From: Flavobacteriales bacterium
GTDB taxonomy: Bacteria > Bacteroidota > Bacteroidia > Flavobacteriales_G > JALEGO01
Length of the DNA stretch: 64,000 nt
Direction of reading: 5' to 3'
NCBI GenBank assembly: GCA_020628935.1
Contig: JAHDEG010000005.1
Span: 79,817-143,816 of the forward strand
The translations under genes and the position numbers were made by a program. Under the pieces are notes generated by a model. That model was given only the letters and a program-made list of their open reading frames with translations, was not told the origin of the DNA and searched no databases. Positions 29,461 through 36,896 of the stretch are shown here, one piece after another. How positions within the stretch are numbered: the first letter of the stretch is position 1; every line of letters begins with the position of its first letter.

Positions 29461-29502
29461 CTTTTGTCTTGATACAAAAGAACCAAAAAATCAAGGCTTA
29501 CA
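29461..29502 (+). repeat. Hairpin motif H6
   Basis: cttttgt-cttgat-acaaaag-aa-ccaaaaa-atcaagg-cttaca. gtcttgat/atcaaggc pairs fully if one U-G wobble is allowed. Confidence 0.75.
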
Positions 29503-29613
29503 AAACCACTTTAATTTTTTATTGATAAATTCTAAGTACAGCCGAATGATCTTCGAGACAAGCTCTCAGCTTTCCGGTTTTACTAAGAATTTATTCTTCA
29601 AAAAAGCCAATGT

Positions 29614-29672
29614 GTTTTTGAATGCCAAAAGCTATTTTTGGTAAAAACGAAGTGTGAAGATCAAGTCTTCTA
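29614..29672 (+). repeat. Degenerate hairpin motif H7
   Basis: gtttttgaatgccaaaag...gaagatcaagtcttct keeps the 3' half (atcaagtctt), but the 5' half is disrupted or expanded. Confidence 0.4.
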
Positions 29673-29875
29673 ATTGAAATAACCAAATTTCGTTTTATTG
29701 ATTGACTTCTAGTCCTGATTTTAGTGTTTAGCGTTGAGTGATGTACGCTCGTTTTTGCCATGACAGCAATGCGACCTTGGGAGCGCTTGGTGGCATTTTG
29801 CAAATACAAGCGTGCAGTGCTTAACCTAGTAACGGAAAGCAGGTTTCCGCTTCTCATAAACAGTACTATATTATG

Positions 29876-29883
29876 TACTTTTG
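29876..29883 (+). promoter_or_regulatory. Candidate -7 box (TActTTTG) immediately upstream of the ltaE ATG
   Basis: tacttttg matches TAnnTTTG and ends 4 nt before ATG 29888, so a leaderless or near-leaderless transcript is possible. No convincing -33 TTG. Confidence 0.3.
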
Positions 29884-29887
29884 TGCT

Positions 29888-30937
29888 ATGATTGATTTGA
29901 GAAGTGATACGGTTACTAAGCCTACAAAACCTATGCTAGAGGCTATGATGCAGGCTGAGGTTGGTGATAATGTGTATAAGGAGGATGCGAGTATTAATGC
30001 GTTGGAGCAATATGCGGCTGATTTATTTGGTATGGAAGCTGCCTTGTTTTGCCCATCGGGTACTATGACTAATCAGATTGCTTTAAAGCTACACACGCAA
30101 CCTGGTGATGAGGTTATTTGTGATTTTAATGCGCATATTTATCAGTACGAAGGGGGTGGCATTGCTTTTAATTCGGGAGCTTCGGTTCGTTGTTTGCAAA
30201 CTGTTGATGGTACGTTTACAGCCAATGATGTGCTGGATCATATTCATGATGCTACTGATATTCACCACCCTTTAACTAAGCTTATTTCGGTTGAAAATAC
30301 TTGTAACCGCTCTGGTGGAACTATTTGGGATTTTGAGAAATTTGTTGGCCTACGCGCTTTATGTAATGAACGTGGTTTTGGTTTTCATTTAGATGGTGCC
30401 CGATTGTTTAATGCTTTGGTGGAAACGGATAGATCGCCCGAAGATTATGGGGCTTTATTTGATAGTATCTCTATTTGTTTATCTAAAGGTTTAGGTGCAC
30501 CAGTTGGTTCTTTATTGTTGGGTTCAGCCAATTTTATTAAGCGCGCTTTGCGCGTTCAGAAACTTTTTGGTGGTGTTATGAGGCAGGCCGGTTATTTGGC
30601 TTCTGCTGGCTTATATGCTTTGCAACATAATGTTACTCGTTTAAAGGAAGATAATTTGCACGCTAAGCGTTTGGGTAGTTATTTGGAGGGATTATTGTTT
30701 GTCGAACGTGTTGTGCCTGTGAATAGCAATATTGTTATTTTTTATTTGAAGGATGGTATCGCTGTTTCTGACCTTTTGGAGATTTTAGAACAACAAGATA
30801 TATTGGCTATTGGGATGGGTAATGGTATAGTGCGATTTGTAACACATTTACACATTACCGAAAAAATGATAGAAGGGATAGAAGAGAAATTAGCGACTAT
30901 TAATTCAAACTATGATCTTCAGGGAAAGCTGACATGA
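29888..30937 (+). CDS. ltaE: Low-specificity L-threonine aldolase
   Basis: From ATG 29888 the protein begins MIDLRSDTVTKPTKPMLEAMMQAEVGDNVYKED, essentially colinear with the E. coli LtaE N-terminus. The track start at 29873 adds 5 residues that overlap the -7 box. The SICLSKGLGAPVGS PLP-lysine region is present. Confidence 0.9.
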   Translation: MIDLRSDTVTKPTKPMLEAMMQAEVGDNVYKEDASINALEQYAADLFGMEAALFCPSGTMTNQIALKLHTQPGDEVICDFNAHIYQYEGGGIAFNSGASVRCLQTVDGTFTANDVLDHIHDATDIHHPLTKLISVENTCNRSGGTIWDFEKFVGLRALCNERGFGFHLDGARLFNALVETDRSPEDYGALFDSISICLSKGLGAPVGSLLLGSANFIKRALRVQKLFGGVMRQAGYLASAGLYALQHNVTRLKEDNLHAKRLGSYLEGLLFVERVVPVNSNIVIFYLKDGIAVSDLLEILEQQDILAIGMGNGIVRFVTHLHITEKMIEGIEEKLATINSNYDLQGKLT

Positions 30938-31484
30938 TTTGAAATTTTCGACCTAGTTTTGAAAGGATGTTTTTCCACATGTTTTTTCGGCTTGCATGCA
31001 TTAAAGATTTAACGTTGGTTTTTGCGACAATCCATGATTTTTCGTCCATTTCTTGCTTTAATTGGCCCTTTTCCCAACCTGAGTAGCCTGCAAAAAAACG
31101 AATTTCTGAAGGGCTGATTTGATTTGTATCTAATAACATTTTAAGCTGTTCAAAATCGCCTCCCCAGTATAAACCTGGTAAAATTTCTTTACTATAATCT
31201 AACAAATCGGCACGGGTGTGCACATAAAAAAGGTGGTTTCTGTTAACGGGGCCTCCCCAATATACTTCGGCATTAACTTTAGGGAAGTCTTTTATAATAT
31301 CGTTTACATTAACATTAATGGTTTTATTTAACATAAAACCTATGGTACCTTCTTCGTTGTTTTCTGCTAATAGTATAACCGAACGTCTGAAAAAAGGGTC
31401 GTCAAGCAGGGGTTCAGATAATAGTACTTTGCCTATTTCTGGTTGCTTTGGTTGGTAATTTAATATGCTAAAAAAATCTTCCAT
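30900..31484 (-). CDS. yqgE: YqgE/AlgH family protein (UPF0301)
   Basis: 194 aa. GKVLLSEPLLDDPFFRRSVILLAENNEEGTIGFMLNK is the family hallmark. Its 3' end overlaps ltaE by 38 nt (convergent). Confidence 0.8.
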   Translation of the reverse strand: MEDFFSILNYQPKQPEIGKVLLSEPLLDDPFFRRSVILLAENNEEGTIGFMLNKTINVNVNDIIKDFPKVNAEVYWGGPVNRNHLFYVHTRADLLDYSKEILPGLYWGGDFEQLKMLLDTNQISPSEIRFFAGYSGWEKGQLKQEMDEKSWIVAKTNVKSLMHASRKNMWKNILSKLGRKFQIMSAFPEDHSLN

Positions 31485-31520
31485 ATTACTTAATTAACGC
31501 CTCACTTTAAGTATAGTTGC

Positions 31521-32105
31521 CTAATGTAGGGCTGAGCGGATAGGTAAGGAGTTAATGATTTCACCTTCTGCATTGTTTAGTATTTTTAACCTATCGTATA
31601 CTTCTTGCTCTGGCCAATATCTTAAACACATATGTACAAATATGTTGCCATGTTTTGCCTCTGATGTCCATAGTGTTTTGTAAAACCGTTGTAAATCAGG
31701 GTCTTGTATATTATCTGCAACCATTTTAAATCGTTCCGCACCTCGGCACTCAACAATAGATGCAAGTAGTAAACGGTCCATTAGTCGCTCTTGACTGTCA
31801 GATCGACATAATTTAATGAGTTTGTGCATGTACTCATCTTTTTGCATTTCTTTTGGTAGTTGCACTCCTCTTTTTTCCATTAATTCATATACCGACTGAA
31901 AGTGCTCTAGTTCTTCAATAGCAGTTTCAATTAGGGTTGGTATTATTTCGGTTTTATCGGGGCATTTAGCTACAAAACTCATTGCCATTGAAGAAGCCTT
32001 GCGCTCACAATCTGCATGGTCTTGTAAAAACTGATCGAAGTTGGCAAGTACACAATTTATCCACTCTTGTGATGAAGGCACTGAAATTTCTAAACTATAT
32101 TTCAT
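31521..32105 (-). CDS. miaE: tRNA-(ms2io6A37)-hydroxylase MiaE (ferritin-like di-iron)
   Basis: 194 aa. DHADCERKASSMAMSF ... AIEELEHF ... ECRGAERF ... SEAKH pattern of paired E/ExxH di-iron ligands, as recalled for short MiaE proteins. Confidence 0.65.
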   Translation of the reverse strand: MKYSLEISVPSSQEWINCVLANFDQFLQDHADCERKASSMAMSFVAKCPDKTEIIPTLIETAIEELEHFQSVYELMEKRGVQLPKEMQKDEYMHKLIKLCRSDSQERLMDRLLLASIVECRGAERFKMVADNIQDPDLQRFYKTLWTSEAKHGNIFVHMCLRYWPEQEVYDRLKILNNAEGEIINSLPIRSALH

Positions 32106-32180
32106 AATATGGTATTAAACAGTTTCTATTGTTTGATGTTTTAAAAACTTAGTATAACTTTTGCAAAAATACACTCAAAT

Positions 32181-32822
32181 ATGAAAGGGGAGGAATATAT
32201 TAAACATAATAGAAGAGATTTTTATTCTTCTGCACTTAACGAGTATGATTTACCGGATGACCCTTATTCTGTTTTTAAATCGTGGTTTGATGAGGCAGCA
32301 TCTGCAGATATTTTAGATGCGAATGCCATGGTAATTTCTACATCTGTTGATAATATGCCTGAATCTAGGGTAGTGCTGCTTCGTGATTTTAGTGAAGATG
32401 GCTTAATTTTTTATACCAATTATACAAGTGATAAAAGTAAAGCTATTATAAAAAACCCGAATGTGAGTGCTAACTTTTTTTGGGCGAAAACCAATAAGCA
32501 AATTCGTGTGCAGGGGCAAGCTAAAAAGGTAAGTGAAGAACAATCTGATGCTTATTTTAGGAGTAGACCTTATGAAAGTAAAATTGGTGCATGGGCTTCT
32601 GACCAAAGTAATGTGATTGAAAACAGAACAGTTTTGGAGGATGCTTTAACGAATTTGAAAAAAAAATACCCGACTGAGGTGCCTCGGCCAAAACACTGGG
32701 GAGGTTTTATTATTGAACCTACTTACTTTGAATTTTGGTTGGGTAAGCCAAGTAGATTGCATGATAGAATTGTGTATAAAAAAGAAAACTCTACCTGGGT
32801 TAAACATAGATTAGCTCCTTAA
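32181..32822 (+). CDS. pdxH: Pyridoxamine 5'-phosphate oxidase
   Basis: RVVLLRDFSEDGLIFYTNYTSDKS, IRVQG, YFRSRPYESKIGAWASDQS, HWGGF..FEFWLGKPSRLHDR. Canonical PdxH motifs. Confidence 0.9.
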   Translation: MKGEEYIKHNRRDFYSSALNEYDLPDDPYSVFKSWFDEAASADILDANAMVISTSVDNMPESRVVLLRDFSEDGLIFYTNYTSDKSKAIIKNPNVSANFFWAKTNKQIRVQGQAKKVSEEQSDAYFRSRPYESKIGAWASDQSNVIENRTVLEDALTNLKKKYPTEVPRPKHWGGFIIEPTYFEFWLGKPSRLHDRIVYKKENSTWVKHRLAP

Positions 32823-32826
32823 TTGA

Positions 32827-34089
32827 ATGTCTAATTTTTATCTTGATCGTTTTGGCTTTCAGAAGCCCGTTTTAACAGAACCAGTTTGTGATGATTTGTC
32901 ACTTATTGTTGTTATACCCTGTTATAATGAGCCTAATCTGATTCGTACTTTACAATCATTAAACGATTGCGAAATATCTGGTTTTAAGGTGGAAGTTATT
33001 GTAGTTATTAATGCTTCAGAATTAGATTCTGATTTAGTTTACAGCCAGAATGCAAAAACTAGTAAAGCTTTTGATGATTGGGTGGATGCTAAAAAGGATA
33101 GCTCTAATGTTAGCTACTTTAAAATTGAGCATAATGCAATGCCTAAGAAACATGCTGGTGTAGGATTGGCTCGCAAAATAGGCATGGATGAGGCTGTTTA
33201 TCGTTTTGATACTGTTAATAAAAACGGAGTGATTGTTTGTTTGGATGCAGATTCTCAAGTTCCGGTTAATTACTTAATAACAATTAAAAAACACTTTGAT
33301 TTAAATGTAAAATCTCCTGGTTGTTCTATTCATTACGAACACCCTACAGAAGGAGAGGAGTTTGATGATGCTATTTACTCTTCTATTGTTGAGTATGAGT
33401 TGTTTTTACGTTACTATAGGCAAGGTTTAGTATTTGCTAATTTGCCTTATGCGTATCATACCATAGGTTCTAGTATGGCAGTTCGCTCGTTGGCATATCA
33501 AAAGCAAGGAGGGATGAATAAACGTAAAGCTGGGGAGGACTTTTATTTTTTAAATAAAATTGTAAAGCTTGGCGGTTTTACAGAGATTACCGAAACGCAT
33601 GTAATACCTTCACCTAGAACTTCTGATAGAGTACCTTTTGGTACAGGTAAGGCTGTGCTAGATGCTTTAGCGAGAGATAATGAGGTGTATTTAGCGTACA
33701 GTTTTAATGTGTTTAAAGACTTAAAAGTGTTGGTTGATAATCATATAAGATTGTTTGCTGATACTATAGACTTGAAATTATTCCAGGAGTCTGTTGTTGC
33801 TTACTTAAAATCTATTAATGGGTTTGTTGAGATTGAAAAAATTGCTAAAAATGTATCGTCTGAGCACATGTTTACTCAGCAGTTTTTTAATTGGTTTGAT
33901 GCGTTTAAGGCGCTAAAGTTTATTCATTTTGCTACTGAGCACTTTTATAAGAAAGTACCTCTAAAAATCGCTTGTATTGACTTGTTAAAATCTAAAGATG
34001 CTTTGTTAGTAGATACTAAGTGTGTTACAAAAGACTTGCTGAAAGTATTTAGAACTCTGGATTTAAACACTGCTAAAGCAATTGGCTGA
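32827..34089 (+). CDS. Glycosyltransferase family 2 protein
   Basis: 420 aa. LIVVIPCYNEPNL, CLDADS (DxD), GEDFYFLNK motifs. Confidence 0.7.
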   Translation: MSNFYLDRFGFQKPVLTEPVCDDLSLIVVIPCYNEPNLIRTLQSLNDCEISGFKVEVIVVINASELDSDLVYSQNAKTSKAFDDWVDAKKDSSNVSYFKIEHNAMPKKHAGVGLARKIGMDEAVYRFDTVNKNGVIVCLDADSQVPVNYLITIKKHFDLNVKSPGCSIHYEHPTEGEEFDDAIYSSIVEYELFLRYYRQGLVFANLPYAYHTIGSSMAVRSLAYQKQGGMNKRKAGEDFYFLNKIVKLGGFTEITETHVIPSPRTSDRVPFGTGKAVLDALARDNEVYLAYSFNVFKDLKVLVDNHIRLFADTIDLKLFQESVVAYLKSINGFVEIEKIAKNVSSEHMFTQQFFNWFDAFKALKFIHFATEHFYKKVPLKIACIDLLKSKDALLVDTKCVTKDLLKVFRTLDLNTAKAIG

Positions 34090-34459
34090 TTTTTGGTAGG
34101 AAAATAATTGCAGCTATTATCACGGCAATCATACTAGCTATTAAAACCGCTGCTGCAGAAACATCTTTAATTATTTTGGCTTGTTTATTAAAGTCGGGTT
34201 CAGTAAGGTCGACTAGTTTTTCTATGGCTGTATTTATTGCTTCTAAGGCTAAAACGAGTGCAGAAATAAGGAGTATGCTTATCCATTCTAATTCTGATAT
34301 TTTTAGTGCCCACCCAAACACAACCGTTATAGTTAATGCAGCAAGATGAATTTTAAAATGCGGTTCGTTTTTTACAAGTAATGCAATTCCGTTAAAAGCA
34401 TAGCCAAAGCTCTTTATTCTTTTTTTGAAAAATGAATCGTTATTTGGTTTAAAAGACAT
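34073..34459 (-). CDS. dgkA: Diacylglycerol/undecaprenol kinase family protein
   Basis: 128 aa with 3 TM segments. FGYAFNGI and LEAINTAIEKLVDL motifs of DgkA. Confidence 0.75.
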   Translation of the reverse strand: MSFKPNNDSFFKKRIKSFGYAFNGIALLVKNEPHFKIHLAALTITVVFGWALKISELEWISILLISALVLALEAINTAIEKLVDLTEPDFNKQAKIIKDVSAAAVLIASMIAVIIAAIIFLPKISQLL

Positions 34460-34976
34460 CGGTAAGTATTACTGCTGAAATAAATATTAAGCTTATTAGT
34501 GCTAATTTAATTACTGATGATTTTGTTACTTCCAACTCTGTTTTAGAAAACCAGATTCTTACTGCAAAAATAAGCCAAGCTAGAATATAAAAGGTAAGGT
34601 CCGTCCAATCGAAAGTGCCGTCTGTTAAATGTATGGCTTGCATAAGCTCTAAACCAATAGGAAAAGATAAGGGAAAGAATGAGATTAATAATCGTTCTTT
34701 TAATGATTTTTGAGGTATAAAGACATTAAATAATCGTAAAAATTCGTGTAGCCAGAGTGCCCCCGGAAATGAGTAGATAAACCAATTTGGTATATACTTA
34801 TTTATAAGATTTGTTATTTGAAAATTTTGTAAAACTGAATTATGTAATACTTGATTTATGAGGATGTTATTTGGTCTGAATAAGACATAAATAATTAGAC
34901 AGATGGTTAATCCGATGCATAATTCGATATATGTTCTTTTTTTTGTCAAAAGTTTTTTAAATGAAGAACGGACCAA
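34449..34976 (-). CDS. Hypothetical integral membrane protein
   Basis: 175 aa with ~5 hydrophobic segments. Overlaps both neighbours (operonic). No motif recognised. Confidence 0.45.
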   Translation of the reverse strand: MVRSSFKKLLTKKRTYIELCIGLTICLIIYVLFRPNNILINQVLHNSVLQNFQITNLINKYIPNWFIYSFPGALWLHEFLRLFNVFIPQKSLKERLLISFFPLSFPIGLELMQAIHLTDGTFDWTDLTFYILAWLIFAVRIWFSKTELEVTKSSVIKLALISLIFISAVILTDVF

Positions 34977-35527
34977 TATCCTCCTAAATAAATGGGTTCA
35001 ATGCTTTTTAGGGTTAAATCAGCTTCATTGATTATATCTTTTAATTTAAAAACGGAATTAAAGCCTAATATTTTCCCTATTGGTTGTACAAGTAGGTCAA
35101 GGTATCTAAGTATCCCCTTTTCGGGGGTGAAATGTCCGAAAACGAATATATCAGTATTATAAGTACTTAAGGTTTTTATTTTTTGAAGGAAAACTCTTTT
35201 GTTTTTTACTGTGCTTAAGACACTGGCAAGGATAATAGTTTCAAAAGTGTTATTAATCTCACACTTTTCTAAAGTGCTGTTTATGAACTTAATGTTAGCA
35301 TTCGTTTTTTTGCGTTTTGCTTTTTTAAGCATTTTTTTTGAGGGATCAATTGCAACTACTTTTTGAGTTCTATAAAGCGGTAAGTTTAATCCCGTACCTA
35401 CACCAACATCTAAAACTGTTTTAGAGGATGAATTGTTAACCTTATTCATTAGTGTTGTAAGTCCTTTTTTGTAAAAACGTCTAAGGGCTAAATCATACAC
35501 AAACGCTAAATAATTATAGCTAATCAT
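34946..35527 (-). CDS. Class I SAM-dependent methyltransferase
   Basis: VLDVGVGTGLNLPLY motif I. 193 aa. Confidence 0.7.
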   Translation of the reverse strand: MISYNYLAFVYDLALRRFYKKGLTTLMNKVNNSSSKTVLDVGVGTGLNLPLYRTQKVVAIDPSKKMLKKAKRKKTNANIKFINSTLEKCEINNTFETIILASVLSTVKNKRVFLQKIKTLSTYNTDIFVFGHFTPEKGILRYLDLLVQPIGKILGFNSVFKLKDIINEADLTLKSIEPIYLGGYWSVLHLKNF

Positions 35528-35542
35528 TGTTAGAACCTGTTA

Positions 35543-36895
35543 TTAAGAAAGCTCTTTTGCAAAATCGTTGTAATTAATTCCTCCAAAGTTACCGGAAGAC
35601 ATCATAAGCAATACAGAGTTGTTGTATTCTTGGCTTTTTATTGCTTTTTTAACTTCTTCGCTTGATGAAAATACTTTGATATTTTTATCATTAAATCCTT
35701 CCAAAATATCATTTGCATTTATTTCGGGGAGTTTTTTAAGTGCCACTACTTTGGGGTCGAAATAGATGATTTTTATATCAGCTTTTTGCATGCTGTTTTC
35801 GTATTCAGAAAGAAAGTCTTTGTTCAAGCTACTGTACGTATGCAATTCCATGCAGGCAATAACTGTACGCTCAGAAAATTGTTCTTTTACAGCATTAATA
35901 GTTGCAGTTAATTTTGATGGAGAATGTGCAAAGTCTCTAAAAAAAGTAAAGTCATTTGTTTCTTTAATTTTCTCTAATCGCTTGGCAGATCCTGTGAAAC
36001 TTTGAATTGCATCATAAAATTGTTGAGCAGTAACATTAATTGATTCGCAAGCAAGTCTCGCTGCTTCTATGTTTTGAAGGTTGTGTTCACCAAATACATT
36101 CAGTGCGTATTGTTTATTTTGAAAGTGTACAATGCATTGGTTGTTTACTATGGTATAATTTGGTGCATTGTAAGCTGTGGTTTTGCAATTTGCATTTTGA
36201 GGGATGATTTTTTTCAAATGCTCATCCTCCTCAAAGTAAATAAGGGAGCTTTCTTTTTTAAGGTTTTTTACAATGTCGTTAAATGGTTTTAAATAACTTT
36301 CGAAGGTTGGAAATACATTCATATGATCCCAAGCAATTCCGCTAATTACCAAAACATCGGGATCATAATGACTGAATTTGGGAGAGGAGTCTAAGGGCGA
36401 ACTTAAATATTCATCTCCTTCAAAAATGGCAATGGTATTGCTGTCATTGATTTCAACCATACGGTCAAAGCCTTCAATTTGTGCTCCTACTAAATAATCG
36501 GTTTTAATGTTTAATTCATTTAATACATGCAATATCATGCTAGTAATTGTTGTTTTACCATGACTTCCTGCAATTACAATTCTTTTTTTGTTTTTTGTTT
36601 GCTCAAACATATACTCAGGAAATGAATATACTTTTAAGCCGAGCTCTTGTGCTTTTAATAATTCAGGATTATTTTTTCTAGCATGCATACCAAGTATGAC
36701 GGCATCTAAGTTTGATGTTATTTTATCGGTGAACCATCCGTTTTCTTTAGGTAGAATGCCTGCTGCTTGTAATCGTGATTTTGAGGGTTCAAAGAAGTTA
36801 TCGTCAGACCCTGTTACATTGTATCCTTTGTGCTTAAGTGTTAGGGCAAGGTTGTGCATAATACTACCACCTATTGCTATAAAATGTACATTCAT
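35543..36895 (-). CDS. mpl: Mur ligase family protein, Mpl-like (UDP-MurNAc:L-Ala-gamma-D-Glu-meso-DAP ligase)
   Basis: MNVHFIAIGGSIMHNLAL N-terminus, IAGSHGKTTITSM P-loop. 450 aa. The start abuts the tamB stop. Confidence 0.7.
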   Translation of the reverse strand: MNVHFIAIGGSIMHNLALTLKHKGYNVTGSDDNFFEPSKSRLQAAGILPKENGWFTDKITSNLDAVILGMHARKNNPELLKAQELGLKVYSFPEYMFEQTKNKKRIVIAGSHGKTTITSMILHVLNELNIKTDYLVGAQIEGFDRMVEINDSNTIAIFEGDEYLSSPLDSSPKFSHYDPDVLVISGIAWDHMNVFPTFESYLKPFNDIVKNLKKESSLIYFEEDEHLKKIIPQNANCKTTAYNAPNYTIVNNQCIVHFQNKQYALNVFGEHNLQNIEAARLACESINVTAQQFYDAIQSFTGSAKRLEKIKETNDFTFFRDFAHSPSKLTATINAVKEQFSERTVIACMELHTYSSLNKDFLSEYENSMQKADIKIIYFDPKVVALKKLPEINANDILEGFNDKNIKVFSSSEEVKKAIKSQEYNNSVLLMMSSGNFGGINYNDFAKELS

Positions 36896-36896
36896 A

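Larger units (their letters stand above)
28995..29672. repeat. Noncoding modular repeat array B: H4-moduleX-H5-moduleY-H6-moduleY'(diverged)-H7(degenerate)
   Basis: Same orientation and module order as array A, about 3.8 kb away. X and Y align over their length with scattered substitutions, e.g. shared tcgctttgctcaaacagtggatgc and caaatcataagttcggataacggatctctgaa. Confidence 0.85.

Noticed and set aside
29591-29857. 88-aa minus-strand ORF (MRSGNLLSVTRLSTARLYLQ...)
   Set aside because: It has an Arg/Ser/Thr-rich nonsense-like composition, overlaps degenerate repeat H7 and the GC-rich island, and has no promoter or motif support. Treated as spurious.
25119-29872. Regularly spaced ~42-nt repeats, considered as possible CRISPR arrays
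   Set aside because: Spacing is about 210-240 nt, not 25-50 nt. The inter-repeat segments (modules X and Y) are conserved between the two arrays, so they are not spacers. The repeats themselves vary in sequence. No cas genes are present in the window.
29700-30937. Visibly higher G+C of ltaE and its upstream region, considered as evidence of horizontal transfer
   Set aside because: Neighbouring housekeeping genes (yqgE, miaE, pdxH) are also richer in G+C than the glycan and adhesin regions. No mobility genes or junction repeats are specific to ltaE. This cannot be quantified without computation.
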